Shown here: piece after piece, positions 1-11,906 of the stretch | Layout: each line of letters begins with the position of its first letter | Numbering within the stretch: position 1 is the stretch's first letter | From: Mytilus trossulus | Lineage: Eukaryota | Direction: 5' to 3' | NCBI RefSeq assembly: GCF_036588685.1 | Contig: NW_026963293.1 | Span: 186,001 to 250,000, forward strand | Length of the DNA: 64,000 nt | Notes under the pieces: model-generated | What the model saw: only the letters and a program-made list of their open reading frames with translations | Told to the model about the DNA's origin: nothing | Database searches by the model: none | Translations under genes and position numbers: made by a program

Positions 1-25
1 TCTAAAAAGTTGTTCAAATCAGGCT

Positions 26-365
26 TAAATAGTTATCAAAGGTACCAGGATTATAATTTAGTACGCCAGATGCGCGTTTCGTCTACATAAGACTCATCAG
101 TGACGCTCATATCAAAATATTTATAAAGCCAAACAAGTACACAGTTGAAGAGCATTGAGGATTCAATATTCCAAAAAGTTGTGCCAAATACGGCTTAGGT
201 AGTAATCCATGACTGTGATAAGAAAAGTCTTAGATTTTCGGTAAATTCAAAGTTTTGAAAACATGAAATTTATAAAACTGACCACATTATTAATATTCAT
301 GTCAACACCGTAGTGTTGACTACTGGGCTGGTGATACCCACGGGAACGAAACGTCCACCAGCAGT
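26..365 (-). mobile_element. Hammerhead-bearing retrozyme-type element, family A, nearly one full monomer
   Basis: Closely matches 53722-54119 and 56713-56853. Contains a hammerhead at 63-106 and part of the structured module at 319-365. Confidence 0.85.
63..106 (-). ncRNA. Minimal type I hammerhead ribozyme with an AUC cleavage triplet
   Basis: Minus strand reads GCGUCA CUGAUGA GUCU-UAUGU-AGAC GAAA C GCGC AUC UGGCGU. Core boxes, stem I and stem II are intact. The GUC>AUC change breaks the C-G pair of stem III. Confidence 0.8.
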
Positions 366-631
366 TAAGCCATCTATCTACATAAGCCTCTGCATTTAAC
401 GAACAGCAGATGTACCGAAAATAAAAGTTTCAGTGATAATTCATGTAAACAAGTGTACCTTCTGAACTTCAACTAACTATGGAACTGACCCAGTCATAAT
501 TAAGCAAGTAGTAAACAAGTAAACGAGACCAACGTTTCACCAGGCCTTACAAAATCTCAACAGTGGTTATACAACCTTCACAAATAATTATGGTTTTACT
601 TTTTTCAAGTAAGTAACACTAATCATCAACA

Positions 632-637
632 TTTATT
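632..637 (-). promoter_or_regulatory. Candidate polyadenylation signal of USP-A
   Basis: AATAAA on the minus strand ~675 nt past the stop. An ATTAAA variant lies nearer (~810), so the assignment is uncertain. Confidence 0.3.
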
Positions 638-1310
638 TACATACATATATACATATATATTTACAAATATTACATGTTTTTTATATCTTCAATTGGGTAC
701 ACATCATTAACAGGGAATATGAGTCCATATTCCTTGTGAGGCCCAAATACAAATTGTATTCCATTGTAGTGTATGATTATTATCACCAGTCTGCTCTTCC
801 TTTTTTTTTTTAATTTTCAAATGATTTGAACTAATACTCCCTGTTAAGATTATCCTCAAATTGCACGAAAGTATATTTCACTTCAGTATGATATACGTCG
901 GTAAAGAGGTATTGATTTTAGGGGTAGAATACTTGAATGTCTATATCACATCAAGATAATTACTGTTAACTGCATACATTAATCCAAAAACAGTCACATT
1001 CATTACAAATAAGCAACTGATATATATAAAGAAGATGCATGGAATTGACTATTAATCAAACCAATCAAACACGTACTTACACGCACACGCACACACACAC
1101 TCATCTGTATCTCTGGTTTTTGTATTTATATCATAGCTTGTGCCTTCCAATGTATCTTAAAAATGATTATATGTGGTATGATTGCCAATGAGACTACTAT
1201 CCACCGCAGTGTTGGTAAATAGATTAAATAAACTATACAAAATTGTTGTTTCCAGCTGCAGCATCGTGGTCGTTGACAGTGCAATGTTCACAAACAAGTT
1301 ATGTTAAATA

Positions 1311-1538
1311 CTAAGGTTTATGATGGTGGCCTTCTTTGTGATGTGGATGTGGAATGGTCATGACTGGTATGTGAGCGTGGTGTAGTATGAAACCACTAAC
1401 ACTTCCAAGAAATGTTCTGCGAAATGTACCATGTCCTCTACATCCAGTTACAATCATGTCTGCGTTTAATTCCTTGGCTATATTTAATATTCCTTCGCCA
1501 GGGGAACTTGCCTGCGTGCTTTTAACTACACCATTTAA
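1311..1538 (-). CDS. USP-A exon 4 (last coding exon)
   Basis: tttcag acceptor, then LNGVVKSTQASSPGEGILNIAKELNADMIVTGCRGHGTFRRTFLGSVSGFILHHAHIPVMTIPHPHHKEGHHHKP*. Contains the USP G-2x-G-9x-GS motif. Confidence 0.95.
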   Translation of the reverse strand, partial: LNGVVKSTQASSPGEGILNIAKELNADMIVTGCRGHGTFRRTFLGSVSGFILHHAHIPVMTIPHPHHKEGHHHKP

Positions 1539-2535
1539 CTGAAAGATACATCATTTTAAAAATTATCCGTTGCACAGAGCATTGATAATTTCTTCTTATT
1601 TATATATAAAGATAATATGATAACATAATATACAAATATACAAAAGATTACAACGATCTAGCACCTTCGTCCACCTTAAAAACCTGATACAACGTTATGT
1701 ATTTCGCTACCTTGACATAGACCGTTGATTTCCCTGTTTGAATATTTTTACACTAGTAATTTTGGGACCCTTCATAGCTTGCTTTTCGGTGTGAGCCCAG
1801 GCTCCGTGTTGAAGTCCATACTTTGACGTATGATTAAATACATTTTACACTTGCGCTTTACGTAGAATGTTGTGCCATTGGCACTTATACAACATCTACC
1901 TATTTCTATTAACATGAGTCTGACATATAAATTGATACACCTAGTATCTATGGTTAGTTGATACAAAAAAGGGAAATGTAAAAGAAATACCAATACGTCT
2001 ACAGTCAACTGGTGATCATGTATTTTTTGGGAACTGGGAATAAAATCCCTATGCCACTGACAGTCTATCTACATAATGCATTTATTATGACCGTTTTTGT
2101 AAAATGTATCATAAATTAATAAGGTTGAGAGTGATAACTATTTTTAAAAGTTCCATTGAAGCATTTGGGGTGAAATATATTATTAAATAAGCAGTGTTAC
2201 GCAGCAGCTAAGGTTCTTATCCAATATATATTAGTATTTTGTAGATAGCAACACGACAGGTGCAATATGTGTCATGTAGCATGTCGCATGTTTTTGGTAG
2301 TTATAAATACTTGATTTAAATGGTTATTGATGAAAGTATACCCGGGAGATCCATGCAGATCCATATGATTTATATTGGGTTATTTTGATTGTTTGAACTG
2401 ATTTATATACAAGTTAAACATTCTGAAGCTTTCTCATTGCAACGCTTGTTTTTTTATTCATCTCAAGGCAACTGATATTGATATACAAATACTCTGTATA
2501 TCGACTTGACAAATATAATTTGCTACCATCTTCAC

Positions 2536-2642
2536 CTTTATTTCCCTCATGTATACAGCAAATTCTATTAATCTGGTTTTTATTCTTTCAATTTCCTGGT
2601 CAATTAGTTGCTTCAAAACCTCACGATCAATCGAAAAATTTG
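2536..2642 (-). CDS. USP-A exon 3
   Basis: ttaacag acceptor and gtgaag donor; (A)NFSIDREVLKQLIDQEIERIKTRLIEFAVYMREIK. Same 107-nt length and phases as USP-B exon 3. Confidence 0.9.
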
Positions 2643-4668
2643 CTGTTAAAAAAGAAATTGAAAATTATTTAAAAGTAAATATGTACAATCATTGTTGTAT
2701 TGTTTCAGTTTTGTCTACTAAACTACAAGGGGCCTATTTATACAAATCTAACACAATAAATGTTGTGAAGAAAGCAATTGTAATCGTGTGAGGGTAGAAC
2801 CACTGGTGTAGTAGCAGAGTTAAGATACCGTTTTCTCAATCGCTCCAGTATGTTTTCGTTGTAATTAACAAATTTTTTGCACATATTGCCATGCAAAGGA
2901 TACACATTTCACTAAAGTAATTGCATTATATTGTTCATCAAATTTGCATACCTTTTCCATTCTATAGAAAATTGTATATTTTTTGCCAGAAAAGTGGAAA
3001 TTAAAAAAATTACTGCAATTGAAGAGAAGTTATTGGTTTGAAATATACATTCTTGGCATTGAATCCAAACGCCAAGACTGTAGTTATGAATTTCAATAAA
3101 GAAAACGTTTATACGTTTTGAGAACAACATGTTGATAATTCTGATTTACATGAATAATCATATATACCCTTGTTAGTTTATCAAGTAATAATTGTATAGA
3201 TTAATCTAAGTCTAATATAATACCAGCCAAATCTAACAATTACATTAGGTTTATGATTCGACTGATTTCTGGTAGACTGTTAGAGCGTAACTAATGCGAG
3301 TGAACACATTTAAAAACGTGCGTTTGGCCTCCGCTATCATCTTCTGATCTGTTGATAATTTTAAGAAGAAATAGATTTTAGTATAGGAAATGATAAATGG
3401 AGCTGTTCTAGAGTGACAAAGGAAACAACATAATTTCAACTTTATTCAAAGTCACTTCAGGTTTAAAAACGGTTTGCTTTTCTTTTAGATTATTATCATT
3501 ATTAAATGTGCATAGGTACTTAAGTGAAAATTGAACATTAAATTATCTTACAGTATATTAAAATTGGGGTTAAAAATCATTTAGCTGGCTTCATTTGTCC
3601 TATAAAAACTATTCAATGGAACGGATTGTCTAGTGGTAATAATTATAAGAGTATTGAAACCAACACACTTTAATATTGATCAAACGATATCTTTTTGTCT
3701 TGTCATGAAATAGATAAAAACTCTATACCAGCTACTAGATATAATAAAATAAGTAACTTGTCTATGTTTGAATACAAGTTCGAAAGAGATGCATGCAAGA
3801 GAGTGGTTTAGTAGTTTACATGCACAAATGAACACAATCGAACTTCTATTTGTTTGGAATTTCTTACCACTGGCCTCATTTAAACCACTTATTGTTTTCT
3901 CTAAAATAAAAATACTGTGTAAAGTAAATTGATAATTCTATACTAGCAGTTAACTGTTTTGTTTGTATATTGATACACATATTCACTACATATGTACATC
4001 CACTAGTAAATGGATTTTAGTACAAAACTGTTATTGGACAACATCTTTAATAAGGTTTAACAATAAAATATTAAGCAAATCTTCTGTTCAATAGTTGTTA
4101 TTTCCCTGTATATACCATCACCATACCGAAGTGTCTGAAACACTACTGAACAGTACTGAATTGGCTACAAGCGAATTATCGGAACAGTAACAAATTAACT
4201 GCATTCCATTGCTCAGTTTGACATTAACATCATCTGAAAACACTACATTATGTTCCGTCTTTTAGAGGATGTAAAGATCGGAATGACAAAAAATCGCTTA
4301 CTAAATTTATGTCTATTCATTTGTTCACTATGAGTATTTACAATCGTATCTTGATAAAAAAAAAAAGTTTTGCGTATTTTCGTTATTTAAGTTTTCATCA
4401 TCATTTTGTGCTAAAACAAGAGAGAAAATGCATTATTATTTACCAGTAATTTACCAGTAGATGTCTTATAGATTTGTATTGTGTAGTTATCTGCCTTATT
4501 AATGATCATATTTCGTTTTATTTTGAAAACGATTATATACTTTAGAAACACATGCTTTTTTCTAAATATGTATTTACAAAAACATTGATAGAATACAAAT
4601 CTGGTTCAAGCTAGAACTGTCAGCTTATAACCACATTGCAAATATAATATACAGTATTAATGTATTAC

Positions 4669-4749
4669 CTGTAGCTACAATATCACTCAGTTCGACACAG
4701 TAAACAACTATTATCTGATCAGTTGGCTTGTAGCACCAATCAGCATAAA
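4669..4749 (-). CDS. USP-A exon 2
   Basis: cctttcag acceptor and gtaata donor; (F)YADWCYKPTDQIIVVYCVELSDIVAT. Homologous to USP-B exon 2 (VYCVE). Confidence 0.92.
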
Positions 4750-5589
4750 CTGAAAGGAAAATTACATGAATATGTATAGAAACGAGATCATTATTGAATA
4801 CAAGGTGAAGAGAGGTACAACATTTTATTTATATTGATTTACGTGTATCTAGCCTTGTAGCTTTTCGTAAAGCAAAACTCATTTGGTGAACTTTAAGTTA
4901 GGAATAAACTGGGTTTTTTTTGTAAAGAAATATTTATATACCTATATATAGGTCCTATTGAAACCATTTTAATTTTATAAAACTTTTATTTTGCTGATTT
5001 ATTTTTACGTAATGTAAGCGCTTAATAACTTATTCATTTAAGAGGGAAAAAATCATACTGTCGCCAGCATTTAATAGGAAAAACCGCTCACATAGATCTG
5101 AAAACGCTACTTTCGAATTTCTGTTAAAAAAACCCGTTCGGGATCGATTTGTTTTGTCGGATTTGCATCAATATTCCACAATCTAAAGGCTAAAGTTTAA
5201 TTGGATGATGTAATAATAATCACAACAGAAACAAAAAACGGAGCTTGGACACATGATCTGTATTTTAATTAGATTCACTCTAGGGTTTCGCAGATGATAT
5301 TCCAAACATAACATCAGACAGCTGAAGATATCAAGCGAAAAGAAAATATAAAATAAATCATCATGATCAAAAAGACAATTATCGAACAGGGTATAGTTAC
5401 CGAAGATTGATATATGGAAAACCAAGGAATTGCAATTGGAAAACAGATCTAAGATGAAGGTCATTTAATTCAACATATTGGACAATTCTGTGTTTATTAC
5501 ACTTTATAACAATAGAGGGCAAATGGCTCGTTAATTGCATCTAAGTGATTTTTATCTTTAAAAATGTTATTGATAGTAATACCTTTTTT

Positions 5590-6476
5590 TACAAGTAATC
5601 AATGGAATGAATCTACAGAAAATCAAGGACAAACAAAGACAAAGATGTCAAGACAGGTTTCCAAAATACAACAAACCGGAGAGAGAGAAAAAGAAAAAAA
5701 CAAAGAAAAACATCAAAAAGATAAATATAAACAAATAAGTGATCATGACTTCTATGCTCTGTGTTTTTGAATGATATTATAGGGTCGATATAAAGTTGAA
5801 AGAAAAGAAAAACCCACTAGATGATTTCAATCTATCAAGACAGCTCTTTAAATAACTATAATGAATATAAAAGCCACGGGATAATTTAAATAAGTTATCA
5901 ATATGTTGGATCTAGAGAAATCTATAACAAATAAAAGATGAAGATATCTAGACAGATTTCCGAAATACAACAATCCGATAAGAGAAAAAAAGAAAAACGT
6001 CAAAAAGACAAATACTGAATAAATTATGGATCATGACTTATATGCCCTTTGTTTTAAAATGATATACTATGGTTGATATAAAGTTAAAAGAAAAGAAACT
6101 GAAAGCCACTGGGTGGTTTTAATCTATTAAGGCAGCATTTTAATTACAAGAATGAATATAAAAGCCACTGGATAATTTTATAAAGTAATCAATAGATTGG
6201 ATCTACAGATAATCCATGACAAACAAAAGATGAATATGTCAAGACAGATTTCCAAAAATACAACAAACCGACAAGAGAAAAAAAAAAGAAAAACACTAAA
6301 GAAAAACGCCGACAAAAAAAGCCAATGAACAAATTATTGATCATGACTAATTATATGCCCTGTACATGTTTTTAATGATACAATATGGTAGATGGTAGAG
6401 TTGCAAGTAAAGACTTGTAAAGCCACTGGCTGATTTTAATCTGTTGAGCCGACAGCATTTGTTATTACAAGAATGA
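5590..6476. repeat. Diverged tandem repeat, 3 copies of ~295 bp
   Basis: Units start at 5593, 5892 and 6183 (aagtaatcaat...atctacaga...aaatacaacaa...gatcatgact...aagccac). Confidence 0.85.
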
Positions 6477-7034
6477 GACATTCATATGAATACTATACTT
6501 TGCGAAACTATTGAGTTCATTAAATAAATGTTATAGTATTAATATTACATGGCAATATATGTAATTGATTGTTGCCTATTGGTAGCAAATGCAGATGGGA
6601 CCACAGGAAACATATAAATATACACTATAAGTAATTAGCAGCAATCATACTATATGTAAACATGTATACATAAATATTTAACAGCGTCACTTCACATGTT
6701 CTATACTTGGTTGATTAAAGCTTAATTGTCCAAAACACACTTTGTTTTGTGATTCAAAGTAAACTATATATATTAATTTCGTTCTTATCTTGACATTTTG
6801 TGTAGACGAAATAAAAAAGTGTATGGCCGTGTTCACACCAAACGCCGTGTAGAGTAAACATGTTTACAATTACTTTAAATTAGTGTAGTGTACACTGGTT
6901 TCACATTACATTTGTTCACATCTATACACCTTGTTTAGCTACCTGTACATAAGATTTGTTCCCACTTGTAAACTATATGTCATTTAAATGTTCATTACGT
7001 AGAACTGAGTTCAAAAAAATAATTCTAGCGGTTA

Positions 7035-7307
7035 GGGAACAACCATTTGACTTCAAAAGGGGGGGGGGGAATGGAAATATTCCGATCCCCAATTTGATAA
7101 AAAAAAAAAAAATGGTAATACAGATGATAAAAAAAATTATTTTGAATCAAGAGTTTCCCCATACCGTATAGTGTTAAACATTGAAAAAAAAGTATGTGAT
7201 CACCAGCGTCGAAAAAAAAGGAATAAAAACGTACGCGCGAAAAAAAATCTGACTCAGATAAAAAAAAAATAACCCTCCCCCTTTTTTTAAGTTAAGTGGT
7301 TGCTACT
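7035..7307. mobile_element. MITE nested in the 6825-8230 element
   Basis: Imperfect TIRs gggaacaaccatttgactt / aagttaagtggttgctact, subterminal G and C tracts, and TTA on both sides. Confidence 0.7.
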
Positions 7308-7694
7308 TTATGAAAGCCATTTTTATAATTTGCAGTAGTTTGAATATACTATAGATGTCTCGATAACACAAAAGAAAGAAAGATTTTGGCAACAGCGTGC
7401 TTACAGCCGAAAAAAAAAAGAATTGAGATATTAGGGACCACTACATTATTTTCTTTTCTGTTCGTTTTAAATGGTATTTCTTCTCCAAGGAGTATTTGGT
7501 AAAGGAATAGGGTAACGTTTTTTTTAATTCATTTTACGTGTTATTTAACGGATCTGAGATACTAGACAAACATATCATTTACCTCACACATTTTTTAGTC
7601 ATGCATTTATGCGTGAATCGTTTTTTGAGTAAAGACCAGTGGCGAATATTTCTGTGTACGTCAAGTCGATTCGGGAAGACCTTTTCAAATGAAT

Positions 7695-7975
7695 TAGGCA
7701 GCAACTGTTTACTTCACTTTTTGTGGAGGGGGAGGGGGGCGTGAGCTATTGATTTTTTTTCAGGATAAATTTTGGTGACAAATTGAAATCAATTTTAGCA
7801 TTATATATAGTGGCAGCTGAGGGTGAAACAATTTTTTTTTCAGGGCCAAAAACTGGAAACTTTTTTTTTTTCCAAAACAAAATCCATAGCTCACCACCCC
7901 CGTCCCCTTGCCTTTATGTTTTAAACTCAACTACAATAGCCCCCCCCCCCCCCCCCCCCCCCGGAAAATCTAATA
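7695..7975. mobile_element. Second related MITE, right end eroded
   Basis: Starts ttaggcagcaac..., then a G tract plus gctattg, mirrored by caatagc plus a poly-C tract at 7934-7962. Confidence 0.5.
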
Positions 7976-8985
7976 ATTATCAAAAATATCAATTTTACTC
8001 AAAAATAGTTTTCTCCTTAAATATATACACGATAAGACTAATGTCCTAAATGCCTAGTTTTGTTTACTTAACCTACACAAGGCCTACATTGACTATCGAC
8101 TGTGTGTAGGTAAAACATGATTTAAACTACATGTAAACATTGAGTTTTATCAATGGAAACGCAATTGTGTTTAGTTTACGTGTGAGTTACACTAACACAA
8201 CACCGAATTTAGGTCAATGTGAACACGGCCTATGTTACGTATACATGATTACAGAAATAGTAAAATTATACAATGTTGTGTGAAAAATTATGTTCTAACT
8301 TAACTTGCAAAAGATCATATAAATTTGTCTATAGTTCAAAATAAAGTATACAACCATCTCTGTAGTTAAGAATAAAGAAAGACGATGACGTATATCAAAG
8401 AATTGAAAACACATTGATTCATTTATAACTCAGTTACTTAATATTCTAAATGATTCCTTACAAACTTTTAGATGTTTGTGTTGAATACATACAAGTAAAG
8501 TAGGCAGTGGAAAGCATACCAATTACGATTAACTGACATTTATCATCACCAGTAGCACAACAGAAATCGATTTTATTGTTCAGTTCAAAGACATGTCCTG
8601 TTGAGTTTATGTAGATTTTTATTCTTCAATGTAACAAGCTGAAGAGGCATTTACGGCCACGTTAAACAAAAGATTTAAAGAATTAGAATATCTTAAAAAC
8701 AAGATTTCAGGTTTATTTTTTTCATCAAAACGAAGAAAACTGACTTACTTAATGAGCTGGATAACAATGATGTTCTATAAAATAAGATGCAGATTTAAAC
8801 TATACAAATCAATTGTATTCAGCTATAATCAGTTAAGTTACAAAAACAACTCGACAATATAAAACAGGCAATTGGTTGTCGATCATGATAAAATAGCATC
8901 ATTTTTATTGCAAATGTATTGCGTAAATGGTGTCTAATGTAATTTTTCATAAAAGAAATGTTATAGAATCAAATAAATTACTCAC

Positions 8986-9100
8986 ATTTCATCGCGTACT
9001 TTGCATAGTCACTTCCGTCAAAAGCAATAATAACTGTTTTCCCATCTTTCTTTGTAGTCGAATTTACAATACTACTACAGTGTTTATTTACTTTGGCCAT
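8986..9100 (-). CDS. USP-A exon 1
   Basis: gtcATGG start; MAKVNKHCSSIVNSTTKKDGKTVIIAFDGSDYAKYAMK, then a gtgagt donor. Contains the USP beta-1 DGS motif. Confidence 0.92.
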
Positions 9101-9548
9101 GACAAAATACGGTAGTGAACTCTACGTAGCAACTTCGTAAATAATCTAATCAGCGTTGCCTTCATCAATGAAAAACAACATGAATGCCAATCATTCACAA
9201 CAGTTAGAAATGATATGAATATTTTGTAGCATTAGATTATATGAATACGATAATAGCAAGACGATATATTAATTATTGGTTTTTTATTGCTGTAATAAAA
9301 ACACATTGAAACTGTAACATTGTACAATGTAATGATGATTTGACACAATCATATATCAATTTTATCATATTGATCTCAAACTTAGGTTTGTGGTAACAAT
9401 ATTGGCATGAAATTCGATTTTTACAATCATTTTAAGTTTGAGCAACAAAAACACAGCAAGTTTCAAACCAAAAACGCCATAAAATTGAGCAGTCCGTTTT
9501 CCACTTGTGCCATACATTATACTGCTCATAAAAAACCCAGGTGTAATT

Positions 9549-10684
9549 AAAAAGTCAATTGTTTATGAACAATTGAAAGGTCTTTCTTTTTTTCTTTTAT
9601 TAATTGCCTTCTTAGTTCAAAAATATATGGTTTCTAAGGACTTTTATGTTCATAACAAGTGGTTTCTAAGGACAAAAATCATTCCTAAGGATAAAAATAT
9701 TACTACCAGTATTAAAAATGTCATATGTACTATTTATAGTATTTAAAGTTAAAAAAATAAGTGATTGCTAAGGACTTATATGTCGTTGCTAGGGACAAAA
9801 ATGTCATTTCCAGTATTAAAAATTTCATATTTATATTATTCATAGCCTTTTAATTTCAAAAATATTTGGTTGCTAAGGTGTTTTATGTCGTTGCTAGGGA
9901 CTTGACCTCTGACCTTCATCTAACTTTGTAGATCTTATTATGCTGAACATTTTTGCAATTCAAAGTTTCTTTCTATCTCTAACCACTTTTGAGTAATAAG
10001 CAAACAATCATCATTTCGGACCCCAAAAACAGTTTTGGTGACCTAGTTCCATAACATTCAGTCCAATAATTTTGAACCCACATAACAAATGTAGATCTCG
10101 ACAAGACACACATTTTCTCCGTTACATTTTATCAGCCATCTTTTACGGTTATTGAGTAAATCCGATAACAAGCTAAGGTCAAAATCTAGGTCATGGCCTT
10201 GACCTTTGACCTTAGGTCAATTTTCATGGTCACGTGAATTGATGATCATAAGTGATGATCCTAGATGGCTACAACTTACGGTTTCTGAGTTTTAGTGGCC
10301 AACCGACATTGATTAATTTTCAAAGGGGCATACATGTAACCCTACCAATGAGTCGTTGAATCTTTTCGATCTAAATCTAACGAAGAACTAAGGTCTGTCC
10401 CTGAACAAATTCCACCCTTTTTTTTCTACCTATTATGGTTATGGAGTTAGAATGATAACAAGGTTTTCGGTGTTAGGAGAGATAACCGCTATAAAGGAAA
10501 TGTTACAGGGTCGTGCCCTCACCACAATATAGCTTTTGGTCAACCGATACTAGATACCTAATATTATTTCAACCTGTCACGTACTTTTTTGGGGAAATTT
10601 CGTTAAAGTTTGGCGGAAAAAATAATAATAATCAGAAGAAATACAGTATGGTCTTTCCTTATAGAAAAAAGGAAAGACCTTAAT
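9549..10684 (-). mobile_element. Helentron-associated non-autonomous element (HINE/DINE-like), copy 1
   Basis: 5' palindrome ggtctttcctt..aaggaaagacc (10650-10679) next to an (ATT)n tract. Subterminal repeat aggtctttc near 9578. 3' stem-loop tcaattgtt-tatg-aacaattga (9555-9576). Internal ttgctaaggac subrepeats. A second copy lies at 26966-28068. Confidence 0.75.
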
Positions 10685-10716
10685 AAAACTGAAATGTCAA
10701 TAGATGTTCTTTTCAT

Positions 10717-11526
10717 GGTTATGTTCCTCTCTTATATTTTATGATGATATAATACTAAACCACTAACGGGAGGGATTGTGCCTGATATTCATATGAAGAA
10801 GACATAATCTTTCAATTAGTTTAATTGAGGTCTGGACCTGACATATGAGCAACTGCTAGTAGTCTTTTGTTATTTATGTGTTATTGTCATTTTGTTTATT
10901 TTCTTTTGTTGCCTCTTCTGACATCGGACTCGGAATTCTCTTCAACTGAGTTTTACTGTGCGTATTAGTGTGCGTTTGTTTTTTCTACATTGGCTAGAGG
11001 TAAAGGGGGAGGGTTGATATATATAAAAAAAAAACAGGTTTAACCCCGCCGCCTTTTGCGCCTGTCCCAAGTCAGGAGCCTTTGGCCTTTGTAAATCTTG
11101 TATAATTTTTAATTTTATCTTCTTGTGTATAATGCGGAGTTTAGTATGACGTCCATTAACACTGAACTGGTATACATGCTGTAAATTCAGAAATTCATGC
11201 GATGTCTTTATTATTGCGAAAAAAAGTACGACTGAGTTCTAAACCCAATTATTTAAACTAGCGTTTTGAAATATTTTATCTGAATTAAACAGGATTTTTC
11301 TCAAAAATCGTAAAAATTAAAATCGCATTTAAGTCTTAAATAACAAAATCGCAATAATAAATGCACGCAATAATTTCTGAATTTACAGTATTCGTTTAGA
11401 GGCGCCTCCGGGTGCGAGAGTTTCTGTCTGCGTTTCAGATCCATTGGTGGCCTGCGGCTGTTGTCTGCTCTATGGTCGGGTTGTTGTCTCTTTGAAACAT
11501 TCCGCATTTCCATTATCAATTTTATT
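10717..11526 (+). mobile_element. Abundant non-coding interspersed repeat, interrupted by a MITE
   Basis: Matches 24927-25271 (ttaaccccgccgc..gcgcctgtcccaagtcaggagcc..ggttgttgtctctttga..ccatt.tcaattttat) and inverted fragments near 59560-59890 and 60790-61110. Class not determined. Confidence 0.75.
11179..11388. mobile_element. Tc1/mariner-type MITE, 210 bp
   Basis: Perfect 17-bp TIR ctgtaaattcagaaatt, extending imperfectly to ~40 bp. TA on the right, TG on the left. Absent from the paralogous repeat near 25120. Confidence 0.85.
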
Positions 11527-11714
11527 TTCAGTTTTTTATTTCTTGAATATAAATTAGAAACCTATTATTCAAATTTGGTATGCCAGACTTCATAAGAATC
11601 ACAGTTGGACCTCGAACAAAAAAAAGAGGAATATCAAGTGAACATTCCCGACATTATGTTTCAATACGGTAAGGGTTAATATTTGGATAATGTAACAGGC
11701 TTGAAATTGGCGTA

Positions 11715-11906
11715 CTGGGGATTCACTTTTTTCGTGGGTATCAATTTTCTGGCTGAAAACATGCATATTCGTGAATATTTGATTTCGAGGTATTACCAAT
11801 CACTGCATATAAAGCCTTTTGAAACTATCTTATTCGCTGAACATTTGAAGTCGTGGTTTACCTGTACCCACGAAACCCACAAAAACGAATAATAATGATT
11901 CCTTAG
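11715..11906. mobile_element. Degenerate TA-flanked MITE
   Basis: TA-ctggggattcact ... aatgattccttag-TA, with internal inverted motifs ttcgtgggt / acccacgaa. Confidence 0.55.

Larger units (their letters stand above)
6825..8230. mobile_element. Non-autonomous TIR element (PIF/Harbinger-like) carrying nested insertions
   Basis: Perfect 13-bp TIR GGCCGTGTTCACA...TGTGAACACGGCC, flanked by a 3-bp direct repeat TAT (6822-6824 and 8231-8233). Confidence 0.8.
1311..9100 (-). other. USP-A gene span: universal stress protein A-like, 4 coding exons, 176 aa
   Basis: Exons 9100-8986, 4749-4669, 2642-2536 and 1538-1311 join through GT-AG introns (phases 1,1,0) into a 531-nt open frame covering a complete USP domain. 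Confidence 0.92.
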
